DNA of 64,000 nt from Epiperipatus broadwayi. Taxonomy: Eukaryota; Animalia; Onychophora. The first letter of the stretch is position 1. Every line of letters starts with the position of its first letter. The stretch covers positions 8,618,001-8,682,000 of the forward strand of contig JAQFVV010000007.1 in the NCBI GenBank assembly GCA_028023455.1, in the 5' to 3' direction. The translations under genes were made by a program, and so were the position numbers. This document shows positions 12,664-26,290 of this stretch, one piece after another. Under the pieces are notes generated by a model. The model saw nothing but the letters and a program-made list of their open reading frames with translations, had not been told where the DNA came from and ran no database searches.

Positions 12664-13735
12664 CCAAGATGCATTTCATGCTGACGCAGCATACTTTAAC
12701 TTAGCACATATCATAATCCCTTATAGAATGTTTTCCTTTGTGCAATATTTATCAATAGCAAATTATTATAATTTGATCTACAAGTGTCAAAGTTTCTGCA
12801 CTAACAACTTTAACACCAACTACTTCAGATATATATATTAATACTAATCATTTATTAAACTAAAGATTATCATATCATTGACAGCCCAAATATAGTCTTT
12901 AATACATGTTGATCTACAAGTGTCAAACTTACTGCACTCATAACTTTGATACCATCTATTTGGGATACATATATTAATATTTAATACTAATCATTTATTA
13001 AAGTAAAGATTATCATATCATTGATAGCCTAAATATTGATCTGCAATTGTCAAACTTTTTGCACTCACAACTTTGATGCCATCCATTTCAGATACATATA
13101 TTAATATTTAATACTAATCATTTATTAAACTAAAGATTATCATATCATTGCTAGCCCAAATACTGTCTTTAATACATGTTGATCTGCAAATGTCAAACTT
13201 CTTGCACTCACAACTTTGATACCATCCATTTTGATTACGTACATTAATATTTAATACTAATCATTTATTAAACTAAAGATTATCATATCATTGTTAGCCC
13301 AAATACTGTCTTTAATACATGTTTATCTGCAAAGGTCAATCTTTTCACATCACAACTTTGACATCATTCATTTCAGATACATATATTAATAATTAATCCT
13401 AATCATTTATTAATCTAGAGATTGTCATATCATTTTATTCCATATATAAATTTTAAGTCTATACATTAATATATTTGTATTTAATAAAGAAATCTACTTT
13501 ATGACACCAAGATGCATTTCATGGTGAATCAACATTCTTCAGTTCACCCAGATCACAATTTCTTACACATGTCTTCATCATTTATCCACTTTTCATCAAT
13601 ACTAAATCAATACTAAAATATTACAATTTAAAATACAAAGGTCAAGCTTTCTGATGTCACACTGTTGACACCTTTCACTTGAGATAAATACATTCACAAT
13701 GATTTAATCAGTTATTAGGTCAGACATTATCAAAA
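12664..13735. repeat. Nested tandem repeat: five units of about 127-143 bp inside an about 843-bp higher-order direct repeat
   Basis: Units begin near 12775, 12910, 13037, 13180 and 13322 with GATCT(A/G)CAA.TGTCAAA. CCAAGATGCATTTCATG recurs at 12664 and 13507. A solo related unit lies near 21030-21130. Confidence 0.8.
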
Positions 13736-14863
13736 ATATTACATATGAAAAAAAGAGATATTGATTTATTCCATGTGATTATGTTTCAGTTAAAACATGA
13801 ATATATCTTAATATTTAACTGAAGTCTAAAGTTTATAACTGGGGTAGGAGTAATATTATAATTTCTAGCCTTATATATTATTGCTAATATGCATTAATGT
13901 ATTTACCTCAAGTGGATGCTAATTGTAAGCATAGAAAGTTTGAGAATTATAAATCAAATAGTAGTAACTAAAAGCACTAAATAAATATTTACAATACAGG
14001 ACTAAAAATAAAACATTCAAGAGCTCAGAAGTTAAATCAATGTCCCATTGACACTAGGATAAATTGGAATTTTCAGATGCAAATACATCAACATCTAATA
14101 GTAGGGAGACATTTAGTAAGATTATAATTAAATACCAATATCCATGATAAAATTATCTTCAGAGAAATTTTTTAGTAATATTACTAAATGGTTAAGAGTT
14201 TAATGTTCACAACAAATAGCAAATACTAAAGTAATGGATTCCATCATTATATTAAAAGAGAACATGGAAAAACAATAGGTAGCCATTCCAGAAGAATGTC
14301 AAGCAAGTGATGAAAATGTAATAGACATCACTTTAATAAAACTTCACAATAACATCGTAAAATATGACTTATTCATGTTTTAATTAACATATACATTTTC
14401 CAATGTAGAAATTTTGAAATAGATCATTTTCTCCATTCTTCATTTACTTTTTTAGAACAGTTCAAATTAGTCCATTCTATCTTTCTTTTATACATTAAAC
14501 ATTTTTTAAGATGTAAAAAAAAATGTAATAAAAAATTTTTCATGTATTAAACTGTATAAAATCTTCAGTTATAATTACTTAACCAGGCAATGACCAACCA
14601 AAATGAATAACCATGCAACTACCAGATAAAATGGGTTCTACAAGATAAAACTCATGATTGAGTAAATAATAAGTATATCTAAGAATTTACATTAAACTAA
14701 AAATGTCTTTTAGCATAACTTAAATCAACAAATAGTATGACTAATTGCTACATCACATGGTTCAATCTGGACTATCTGTCTTGGTTGTTTGTTACCTGGT
14801 TATATCACAGCTAAAGATTTCATTTGGTTTAATATATGAAAAAATACCACTATTTTTAATGTT

Positions 14864-14865
<2 letters not shown>

Positions 14866-14903
<38 letters not shown>

Positions 14904-14950
14904 AACATATAAAAATAGTGAATATGTATATATATATGTGTGTGTGTGTG
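14866..14950. repeat. (TA)n / (TG)n microsatellite
   Basis: Direct reading; abuts the family B element. Confidence 0.9.
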
Positions 14951-14956
14951 TTTGAT

Positions 14957-16033
14957 ATGTTCACTAGAGGGAACTTACCACTAGCTCCCAATAGCTCCAA
15001 TCAAGCTTTAATTTATAAGTGCTGAAAAATAAAGAATTCAAATCTCTATTGGAATGTCCTTATCTCCAGCCCAATCAGTTTTGAGTTTATGGTGTATCTC
15101 AGTGAGGAGCTATGACTCCAGACACTAGATCTAAAATACCAACTCAAAAGTCAGCTCTTATCTAATACATTACTATCAATTTGCAAACCTGATTTTTTCA
15201 GACACATAAATGTCTTCAAACCCAGTCTTACAAACTAGATAGCTATATGGGTCTGAACTCAGTTCAGATTCACCATATATTAATAGCCTCAGCAACATCA
15301 CAAAAGCCCTCAAAGGTACACTTATAATAATTAATAAAACAAGACACAAATTGTGTAACTCACTTTTAGGCTAGTATTAAAATGTTCACTAGAGAGAGCT
15401 TACCATTAGCTCCAATCAAGCTTTAAATTATGTGTCAAAAAAGAAAGAATTGGTTTGGACACAAGGACATACCAATAGAGATTTTGAATTCTTTCTCATT
15501 GGCATTCATAAATTAAAGCTTGATTGGAGCTGGTAGTAAGCTCCCTCTAGTGAAAATTTTAATACAAGCTTAAAAGCAAGTTACACAATTTGTGTCTTGT
15601 TTAATTAATTAGTATAAGTGTATCCTTGAACACTTTTGCAATGTTATATTGCTGAGGCTATTAAAATATGGTGAAATTGAACTGAGTTCAGATCCCTATA
15701 ACTATCTAGTTTGTAAGGCTGAATTTGAAGACATTTACATGTTTGAAAAATTCAAGTTTTCAAATTGATAGTAACATATTAGATAAGTGCTGACTTTTGA
15801 GTTGGTATTTTAGATCTAGTGTCTGGAGACCTAGCTCCTCACTGAGGTAAGCCATAAGCTCAAAACCAATTGGTATGGGGATAAGGACATTCCAATAGAG
15901 ATCTTGAATTCTTTCTCTTTTGGCACTTATAAATTAAAGCTTGATTGGAGCTAGTGGTAAGCTCCCTCCCTCTAGTGAAATTTTTAATACAAGCTTAAAA
16001 GCAAATTACACAATTTGTGTCTGGGGTTTTATT
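14957..16033. mobile_element. Family B retrozyme-like fold-back element (about 421-425-bp tandem units)
   Basis: ATGTTCACTAG recurs at 14957 and 15382; inverted arms join near 15450; homologous to family A along the unit. Confidence 0.82.
15836..15881 (+). ncRNA. Variant or degenerate hammerhead motif (family B); second copy at 15063-15108 on the minus strand
   Basis: TCCTCA CTGAGGT AAGCCATAAGCTC AAAA CCAATTGG TA TGGGGA. Stem I and palindromic stem III ACCAAUUGGU are intact, but the core deviates (A9, G12). Confidence 0.55.
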
Positions 16034-17847
16034 AATCATAATATAAGTATATCTTTTACATCACAGTGTGTACCAGTGAAAAGATGAATGGTTCTTTCTA
16101 CCTACAGTGCCATCTCTGAATTAAACAAGTTTTAATATAGCCACTTAGTTTAACTATTCAACCACAAAAATTTTAAGGTGCTACCAAGTGGGGATTGTGA
16201 GATATGATATAAAATTTAATAATGTGTTTTTCATCTTAACCCACAATGTAACAATAGACTAGAAATAAATATTGTTTTAAAGTGAGCAAAAGTATGACTT
16301 AAATGTTTGAAATAATTCAAATTGTTTACAGCAGGGAAGCCATAAATTGCAAGAATATTTTCCAGATTTTGTTGATGGCAGAAAGAAGCCCAAATGAAGA
16401 TAATTTATGAAGGTATGAAACACACTATCACATTTCAAGTTACATCTGATGGCCCAGATATGATAGCACCTTAAAAATTTTGTAGTAAATAGTTCATGTA
16501 TGTCATTATATAATGCATACATTGATTACTAGGTGGCAGTGCATGCATCTGAAGAGAAAAGCAGTTACCTTTTCACAGGAACACACTTATCCAATTGAAA
16601 TTGCCCTGCTTTAATTATTATGCTTTAAAAAGTTACTGTAAAAAGAGGAAAAATATGGACAGCATTGAGATGAATAGACACCATCATAGTAATAACGAAT
16701 ATGTCTCCAAATCAGTCTGAAAACTGAACATATCAATGAAGGTGTTCATAAGACACTGTCCAATTTGAAACAAAAAAAAAAAGAAAAATCAACTCTGAAT
16801 TACAGTCAGATAGATGGATCACAGAGAACCCAGCAAGTCATTCACTTATTTCTTAATAGTAGGTATCTAGCTATACAAATAGATAAATCAGAGAAAACAT
16901 TAAAAAACTAATCACTAACTGTAACTTGATTGCAAAATATTATTCCTTCATCGTTTCTTTGTAACAAAATATTGGAAAAGTTTTAGCACCACTGTGCAAT
17001 ATAATTCATAATGGATCCAATCTATTAAATCATAAGTAAAAATAATATCAAAGGCATGGGCTATTTCACACAATTAGAAACTCTAGAAATTGTACAGTTA
17101 TTTACTTACTATGAAAGATTCTTGCATTGTAGGATCAATGCCGTTAAACCTTTATACAGGTTGCATAATAAAAAATCAGCGAATATAGGGAGGGAGAGAG
17201 GGATGACTTTAAGAGCAAGCTTTCATGATCTTAAGGATTGTATACTTATGTCTAAGCAATTCACCATTTACAACCTATGGGTAGGGTTGGTTACTGACCC
17301 AAAAATATCGATGGGTTGAAAGCACTCATAGCATTTATATTGTGAATGCTAACCAAGGTTGAGAAAAAAATTCTTATATTGGTAAAGATATTCTGTTTTT
17401 AGTGACAGGAGTAAGAAATGTCCAAATATTTATATAAAAAATATTCACATCAGACACTGACAATGAATCATATGATAGGCCAAAGGTCATTATAATAATA
17501 TCATATAAACATAGAGAATGGTCACATTTTAGCTAAATAAGTTCTTCACTTTTATTCAATTTGCAATTAATTATATTCACTGGTTTGCATTCCAGTGAAA
17601 AAGTGACTGGTTTTTATTCCATGCTGCCTGCAACCCATCGGTGAATCAATGTACATATTACGCCATGATATTGTTTAGCTATCCATCACAAAATAATTTT
17701 AAGATATTAGCATGTGGGAGTCATAAATTATGAAATAGAATGTGGCAATGTATTTCAAATCATCATTTAACATTTTCAGTACTTTCCCGTTCATCATGAA
17801 ATTCTTCAAATCACCTAAAACATTCTTGAGATTCATCGCTTCACTGT

Positions 17848-18755
17848 TACACAGGGGTACCCAAAAATAATCAGAATTTTATGATAAAAAATTGTTTATT
17901 TATTTTTAAATGTTATAAATTTAATCAATTTCAAATGACTACCCTTTGGTGCAACAACCTGGTATAAACATGTTTTTCATATTTAAAAGTAGTCTGGAAG
18001 TACTTGCAAAGTGATACCTTTTTATGACTCTGTCATTTTTTCTACCACTTCTACGTTTGCAAAAAAAATTTTTAAAATGAGTCATTTTTTTCAAGAGATT
18101 AAAAAAAAAATCCCCAAGAAGTGAGATCAAGTGAATGTGGCTGATAGATAAGCTGGATCATACTGAATTTAAATAAAGTGTTTCACACTCAAGGCTTTGA
18201 GAGATGTCACACTGGTAGAGGGGTGATGCTTGCACTCTTTTTTTTGTCCCAAAACAGAATGTTTATGTTTTATCACATCACATCAATGTTTCAGAACTTG
18301 TAGATAAAATGATTGATCACTATGAACTAAATTTGAGGGGGAAATGCCATTTGTCAAAATAAACAAAAAAAATCAGCATTTTGTCTTTGGACTTCACTTG
18401 CGATGCTTTTAAGAATTTGGTAAATTTAACAACACAATTAAACCACTCATAAAACTTGTGTTTTTATGAGATCAGTTTTCTTGTAATCTATTTCAAGAAT
18501 TACAACTTTTTTCCTTGTCATTTTCTGTTAATGAAAACAGAATGTCACATTGTCAAACTTTTCAGACCTTATTAAAAAATTGACAAAAATACAAAATGCA
18601 CTTTACTAAACAATGTGTTACATGGCCCCATGATTTTATATGATGATGTTATTTGAAAGATTCATGCAGATGGGTTTCTGCAAAAAGGAAGGAACTGCAG
18701 AAGCATATATTACAACAGGTGTGCAAATCAGAGAATAATTTAGACCCCCTTTGTA
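17848..18755 (-). mobile_element. Second decayed mariner copy, related to 428-1313
   Basis: Left TIR TACACAGGGGTACCCAAAAATAATCAG and right end GACCCCCTTTGTA. Remnant ...IYQPHSLDLTSWGFF; long collinear similarity to the first copy. Confidence 0.75.
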
Positions 18756-19869
18756 TATACAATTTGAATCACTTCAATCCTTTAAATAGTAATTTTTCCC
18801 AATTTGACAAACAAAATTTAATGTTAATATGTTGTTCCATCATGGATTAAAGCATGAAACATGTATCACATTTCATGTTGTAACTCATGAACCAAACACA
18901 GTGTCTTAAATTTTTTTGGCAAATAATTAAATATAGAGAATATCAGCATGGAGATCTTCAGTCAAAAAAATTGAGGGGAAAATGCTATTTCATTTTTTTT
19001 TTAAAAAATTGCATTTGCACAGTCATCTATTTGGGATATTTTGCTTTTAAAAAAAAAAGTATATTCATATAGTTTTAAAATATTTATTTTTTTAAATTTA
19101 AAAAAATGAAATAAGACCAGTAACATCAGCTGCAAACGAAAATAGTTTTCAGCACTTCTTCTCTCTTGGGTTAAATTATTCTTTTGCAATCATTGTCAAC
19201 ACTAGTTGCAATGTTATTTCAAGAACATTTTTGAACTAAGAAAAAAAATGATACATTATTATTTTTATACAATATTTGTGTAATAATTATTAAAAAAATC
19301 ATTATTTCACTGTTTTTATGCATATATATTTTATTTTTAAAAACAGAAGGTAATATACTTCTAGTGCAATGTTAATAAATAAATCATGATGTTCTGATCA
19401 CCCCACTTTATAAAAATTATGTCTAATATATCATTCCTGTCACTATCTTGGAACAAATTGAAAAATTCTAAAAGTTAGAAAACAATTTTAATATTTAAAG
19501 CAGAATTTGATAGATTTATTAAAGATTAATTTTTCATTCACATTTTAAAACCAATTTCAATTAAAAAAGATTTTGTTCATTTTCTGAAATCATTCAGCTT
19601 TACCAAACATTCAATGATGAAGAAATCTTTTGTTGTCATTACACTCTTATTTTTTCAATTTATGAACTTTTAGAGTTTTTTTCATTTGCAAATATATATA
19701 TATATATTATTACCAAATCAAGTTCAATTTATTTAATTCTGACATATCAGAACCAGATGTACTAGATCTATAAAGGTCATGATTTTTTTTAATTGGTTGC
19801 TTTAACAATTTTTTTAAGATTTAATGTGAATTAAACAAAAGATTTTAATATTATATAAATAAATGTGAT

Positions 19870-20285
19870 ATTCAAATATAAGTATATTGTCTATACTAAA
19901 CTTAATGTAATGAAAAAAGACTTGAGCTTAGACTTTCAAGCTCCCCACAACTATACACTCCATCTCATATAACCAATGGACATGGCCACATACATGTGAA
20001 AAAGATAAATGATCTCCAATATACAAATTTGTGCTAAACCAGCACTCATCAGTTGGTCCAGATCACAATCTACCACAAATAAATATAATCAGTGCTCAGT
20101 TTACATTAAGGTAGCAAATCTTCAAACTTCAATGGATAAACTTTAATCTTCTCCACCTTTATCTTTTCCACCATCCATATCATTGGAGATCATTTAACTT
20201 TTTCGTATGTATGTGGTCACATGTATTGTTTATATGAGATGAAGTGCATAACTGTGGAGACCTTGAAACTTTGTGCTCAAGTCCC
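19870..20285. mobile_element. Family D fold-back element with a degenerate HHR (20016-20056 minus)
   Basis: Reverse complement CCAA-CUGAUGA-GUGC..GCAC-AAAU (GAAA damaged). The short inverted arm starts near 20182 at the predicted cleavage site. Confidence 0.78.
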
Positions 20286-21891
20286 TTTTACTAAATAAAT
20301 GTGATAAATGTGCCTGATCATTTTTGAATTGTGGTTTATTACTGGCTTATAATTTTTCAAGGTTATATAAATATCCCTATATATATAACATTTAGTAATT
20401 GTTTTGTAACCCGATTACTATCTATGAATTTGACATATAAATAAATGTGAGAAATTCACGAACTGAAAAATTGAAAGTATTAATAAAGCTAAATTTAAAT
20501 TTTTAAATATATCGGTTATATTTGACATGTGCATTTATTTAGCAGTATCCCTATAGCTTTGTAAAAAAATTACAATTATTAATGGTGTTCTTTCACATCA
20601 AAATGCTCATAATATAAATTACGGTTTACTTAGGTATAGTTATTTATTTATAAAACTAATTTAAAGGATTTTTTTTTTTTTTGCTTTTTCAATTGTGAAT
20701 TTGATAGTATTACTCATATTAAAATGTAATAGTTTTTTTAATTGGTTTGACATGTGACAGTCTTATGAACAAACATACATTCACATCACATGACAATCTT
20801 ACATACAAACATATATTTATTAATCAGACAACAGGAAAAATAGAGATTTTATATATAAGATCAAAAAGTTGAAAGCTTGCAAAAAGTGTCACCAGGGAAA
20901 ACAATTTAATTTAATGTAGTGTGGAAGGATTAACCTATGTCGCTACATAACAGATACATTAATTCAAAGATGGGGCAGCATGCAACACGGAGAGAGAACC
21001 GGCCACTTTTCCAAAGACACAATCAGTATATTTTCTGCATTCATAACTTTGATATCTACAACTTCAGTAATAAATATTAATTTAAATAATAAATATTACT
21101 AATTATTTATTAAACTAGAGATTATCCTAAGCTTAGTTATAAATCTTAAACCTCATTAAAATATTGATATATCTTTTTTTTTTAATTAAACAGAAATGCA
21201 TAAGTCTAATGTCTTAATTCATATGTTGTAAGAATATATAATGGAGTGGCAGTTTAAATTATATTAACAATATATATATATATCATTGTATATAATATAA
21301 TGAAATTATTATTTCAGTAAAGTAAGAGTTAAATTCTCCCCTTCATTAAAAAATAAAACTGTCAATCCCAGCTTTCAATGAAACCACTGACAGTTATAAA
21401 ATTTAAAAAATTAAAGCCTTCTATTAAACTTATTTTTTACAATTTAAAAAAGGTTATAATTTACATTTAAAATTTATCAGAGTAATTTATAACATAAGTT
21501 AATTTAAATTAAAAGAATTAAAGATAATTATACATTCCTCGAATCTGTGAAATGATTTACATCACAAATACATCAATTAATTCACTATATCTGTACACAG
21601 AAATAACACTTTAAAAGGAATATCTCCTTTTGCTTATATATATATATTTAATTTTTAAGTAAAAAATAGTAATAATCGAATTATTTTTTGCATATAAGTT
21701 TGTGTATTGGAAATGTCAGGATTGAATACCATCTACAGATCTTGAATTCCAAGGTACCGACAAAAAAAAAAGTGTTTTAATTAAATAGAAAAATAACTCT
21801 TTATCTCTTTGCTCATAAATATCATTAAATTTTTAAGTTAAAACATAATTGAATGTTTTTTTTTTGTTGTTGTTGTTGTTTTTTTGCACAG

Positions 21892-22012
21892 AAATACAGA
21901 AGAAGTTTGAACCCTGGAAATTGCAGGGCTGGTCTGCAATCCATAGACCTGGCCTCCAGCGTCTGCCACTCCATTACCTGTACCAATCCATGTGGGGCAG
22001 CTTCTAATGATG
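21892..22012 (+). CDS. Candidate coding exon of an unidentified host gene
   Basis: Long T-rich tract plus CACAG acceptor, ATG|GTTAGG donor, locally higher GC. Frame 1 is open: KYRRSLNPGNCRAGLQSIDLASSVCHSITCTNPCGAASND(G). An alternative frame reads ..IQKKFEPWKLQGWSAIHRPGLQRLPLHYLYQSMWGSF*. Confidence 0.55.
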
Positions 22013-22509
22013 GTTAGGAAATGGCAGTCTAATTATTATTAATAGTTATAAAAAAATAATAGCAATGTGATTTTTTTATAAGAATGGTGACATTCCATGG
22101 TCATTTATTTGTTTAACATAACTTGAAAAAAAAAAGTAATGCTATATAAGAATTCAATTCTTAGAATGTAAATGAAAACCATGCTTCAAGAATGCTGAAG
22201 TCCATTAAATAGTGTTAGATAGTATCATTTTAGGATCCTGTGGTTTAGTTTAACAGCAGACTAAGAGTTCCTGAATAAAAGCTTAATCTACTGCTTCTGA
22301 TGCTGGAACATCACATAACCTTCTAAGAAACAAATCATTTAATTTTGTTTTGTACAAAACATTACTACACAAATTCATATTCAATGTTTATATGAAAGTT
22401 TTTCTGAAAGCAATTGTAATTATATTTTGGATTATTTCCAAAATTCAGATTTAATTGTCTTTAGAAAAACTTAAAATATATTTAAGCTTTCCAAATATCT
22501 TCAAAACTT

Positions 22510-23320
22510 CACATGCTTACCATTTCTTATGCTTGCTTATAACTGTTATTAAAACAGGCAAAAACTCTCTATAGGTATTGCCACTCAGTGCAAGTCAGAG
22601 AAATCAATGGATGCTGGAAGACTTGTGCATAAAATTCTCATCTAGTTCCTACTCATCCAATATCCCCAGACTAGTTTCTGGCTTGTTGTCTTTGTCAGCG
22701 AAGAGCCTTGGGCCTGAGAGCAATGCACCTAGATTGTAGGAAGGCCACATACCATAAACTAGTCTGGGGATATTGGATGAGTAGACACTAGATGAGGATT
22801 TTATGCACAAGCCTTCTGGCATCCATTGATTTTTCTGGCATGTACTGAGTGGCAATATGTATAGAGATTTTATAAGCAAGCATAAGAAATAGTGATCATG
22901 TGATGTTTATTGACTTATAACCAATCCTCCCTAATAGGATAGTGATGGCTATGGTTATTAAAAAACCAAAATTACCAAAATGTATGGGTACTGAACTGAG
23001 TTCAGACCTATATGACTATATAAGCTAATGAGCTTGGATTGAAAACATTATATTTTCAATTTAAGACTCATAGTTTTGTAGTTAAGTAGAGATAAAAGGT
23101 GGTTGCTAAAGGGTTTCATTAGATACTAAGATCTAGGTGCAGTCCTCTCAGATCCAAGGCTCCTCACTAATGAAGGCCACAAACCAGAAACTAGTCTGGG
23201 GATATTGGATGAGTAGGCATTAGATGAGGATTTTATGCACAAGTCTTCTGGCATCCATTGATTACTCTGGCTTGCACTGAGTGGCAATACATATAGAAAG
23301 TTTTGCCTGTTTTAATACCT
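22510..23320. mobile_element. Family C retrozyme-like fold-back element (period 432 bp) with mutated HHRs (22663-22705 minus; 23161-23202 plus)
   Basis: TATTGGATGA recurs at 22771 and 23203. The plus HHR UCCUCA-CUAAUGA-AGGCCACAAACCA-GAAA-CUAG-UC-UGGGGA carries G5A. Confidence 0.82.
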
Positions 23321-23423
23321 TCAAAACTAATAGTGATGACACACAGTTTAGGATATAACACAAGTATTGAATGATATTTTCCCATCTTATTCAAGTGTTG
23401 CTGGCCAACCAAAGGCAATATTC

Positions 23424-23492
23424 ACTTGGGAATCAAACCTGGAGCCTTTATAGATTCATCAATAGTATTGTTCTAATCCACTAGGTTATTCT
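23424..23492 (-). mobile_element. Decayed tRNA-derived SINE head
   Basis: Reverse complement has an A-box-like TAACCTAGTGG and a B-box-like GGTTTGATTCC at tRNA-like spacing. Confidence 0.4.
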
Positions 23493-23589
23493 GTAATTGT
23501 TTTTTACAGTTGGTCCAAGTATTATCTTATGTTAAATATTGACAAATCAGCAGGTTCTAGATTCGATTTTTATGCTACTTTTATCATCA

Positions 23590-23760
23590 ATCAGACCAAC
23601 AATACTTGAATAAGAGAACCTGTCTAGCGTAAAAAGGATTTTTTTTTTGTAAATGTAGACTCAATATGTTCTCTATGTCATGAGAAAGAAGAAACTATGA
23701 ATTACTTCTTTAATAATTGTCCAGTATTACAAACATACTAAAACATAATTTCAATTACTA
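23590..23760 (+). mobile_element. L1/Tx1-like ORF2 zinc-finger fragment
   Basis: Translates as ..VDSICSLCHEKEETMNYFFNNCPVL, a zf-RVT-like CxxC...ET...CP pattern. Confidence 0.5.
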
Positions 23761-24860
23761 GAAGTAGAGCGCTTTTCTCTAACATGTGAATAACTTCATT
23801 TATACCATTTACCCCATAGTTTCTAAGGTATATTTTTTTGTTTTAATCCAACATCTCAGAAGTTTCAATCAGTTTTCCATAACAAACTTTCTAAAATAAA
23901 AAGAAGACTAAGTATTTACCCCACCTGATATCTTTTCAGCTATATGAAGTTTGGTCAAACTACCAACACCACTGTAATTATTAGACCTTAAAAAGTATTG
24001 TTATATATTAGCTCAAGTAAAATGTTCTAACATTTTATTTGCAATAAAGTTTGCTTCAAAATTAAAAATAAATTAGTGTTTTATTTTTCTACGATAAAAT
24101 TGAAAATAAATTAGTGTTTATACTAATCTGTATGCTATTTCTAACAATTGAATGCATTTGAAAACTTTAAATAAAGTTTGAATTTTGCTAAAGACATCAA
24201 TTAAATCCTGATATTGAAAAGACAACAATTAAATCCTGATATTGAAAATAGTCCAACATTATTACAAAATCCAAATTATATGTAAATATAATATGCACAG
24301 CTAATTTATGTTTCTTTTAATTTAGAACTTTTTAATAATGTGAAAGGCTGAAATCATTTGTCAGATGCGCCTTGTCATTTCACTATTGGATTAATCTTCA
24401 CATGATATATATAGTTTATTTGTGAATTGTTTTTTTTTTCTAACTGAAGGCAAGTAGAGATAAAACTAAGCAAGAAAGTACTAAAACCAAGTCATAATAT
24501 TTGATGTTTTTTAAAGTGATACATTGACATAATATTTGATGTTTTTTAAAGTGATACATTGACATCTCTTGATACCCCTTATCAATGCACTAAATTCAGT
24601 ATTTCTATCTCAGCTATATCATAAACTTAAAGTAAATTAGAAATATGCATATTATTACTATCCTGTAAGATATTATATTATTTTTGCAAAATATTTCATC
24701 AAAATTATTTAAAATTATTAAACATATCCATTTCTTAAATATTTAATCTAAATCTTACAAACATAATACAAACATAAGAATAAATTACTATTTTGATTTA
24801 AATATATATATAATTTTATAATTTTCATATCTACAATATGTGTAAAATAAAATTATTTCA

Positions 24861-24922
24861 ATGTGTCATGCTGGCTGCATCTTTTTTTTTTTTCGCATTA
24901 TTTAGTATATATTTGAAATCCA
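24861..24922. repeat. 62-bp inverted repeat, left copy (right copy 26847-26908)
   Basis: ATGTGTCATGCTGGCTGCATC(T)nCGCATTATTTAGTATATATTTGAAATCCA matches the reverse complement at 26847-26908 with about 1 mismatch. Confidence 0.9.
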
Positions 24923-25129
24923 AGTCGAAACGTCAGTATATTGATATTAAAAGTTTTTAACACGGATGAACCCGCAAAATATGTATTTTATATATTTAAC
25001 CCGTGCAAATCTTCGTTTTAACATATATATATAATTTATCTAATAGTGCATGTGTGAAGACTAATTTCTTTCCACAAAATTACAATTATATACATCACTA
25101 AATTATTTGATTACATATATTCAAATTAT

Positions 25130-26290
25130 CAAACTCTCTTCAGTCATCCCCTTCATCTTATATAACTGATACACATGACCACATACTTGTGAAAAAGATA
25201 AATGATCCCAATAGACATATTACATGGTGAATCAATTGATCAGATCATCTCCCACACACACACATATATAATCAATGCTCAGTTTATATTAAGATATCAA
25301 ATCTTCAACTTTACTGGACAGTCTTTAATTTTCTCCACTCTCCAACTCCTCAGCCATCCATATCATTGGAAATCTAATGGTGGTGTGTTCAAAGCCCTTG
25401 TTTGCCAATTTTGTTGTCATACCCATGTTGAATGCAAGTCATTTTGACCTATCAAATATAAGACCTTAAGACCATTAAAATACATAAAAGATGGGTGGAC
25501 AGAATACAGCTTAAATCTGTAATATTTAAATACAAGTATAGTATATTTAAGCTAGATGCAATTAGATAGAATTTGAACCCAGATTTTTAAGCTATTTTCA
25601 GTCATTCCCTCCATCTTATACAATCAATACACATAACCACATACATGTGAAAAAGATAAGTGATCTCCAATATGCAGATTTCTGCTGAAACAGCACTCAT
25701 TATCTTTTTCACATGTATGTGGCCATGTGTGTTAGTTGGATAAGATGGAGGGGATGACTGAAACTTAAAAGTCTGGATTCAAATCCCCTCTAATTATATC
25801 TAGCTTAAGTATATATACTATATTTGTATTTAAATATTATAGATTTAACCTGTATTATGCCCATTCCTTTTTTGTGTATTTAAATGGTCTACCTTTTCTG
25901 TGTATTTAAATGGTCTTAAGGTTAGAATGACACAGTCAACATGAGTATGACAACAAAATTGGCAAACAAGGGCAATGAACATACTGTCGTCAGGTTTATA
26001 ATGATAAAAATGGCTGATAGGGTTGGAGAGTGGGGAAGATTAAAATATGTCCATTAAAGTTGGAAGATTTGCTATCTTAATATAAACCAAGCACTGATTA
26101 TATATATATGTTTGGGAAATGATGTTCTGGACCAACTGATAAGTACTGGTTGAGCACGAAATACGAAAATTGTAAATCATTTATCTTTTTCACATGTATA
26201 TGGTCATGGGTATCGATTGTATAAGATGAAGAGAATGATTAAAAGAACATGAAAGTCTGAGTTCAAATCCCCTCTAATTACATCTACCTA
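25130..26290. mobile_element. Family D fold-back element (period about 458 bp) with degenerate HHRs
   Basis: CAGTCAT(C/T)CC recurs at 25141 and 25599; inversion junction at about 25700 inside the HHR core; plus-strand HHR at 26131-26173 has CUGAUAA. Confidence 0.82.

Noticed and set aside
12775-13440. CRISPR-like interpretation of the tandem arrays
   Set aside because: Units are homologous along their full length with no unique spacers, there are no cas genes, and the context is eukaryotic.
24060-24570. Several 17-35-bp tandem duplications
   Set aside because: Ordinary slippage duplications with no further structure.
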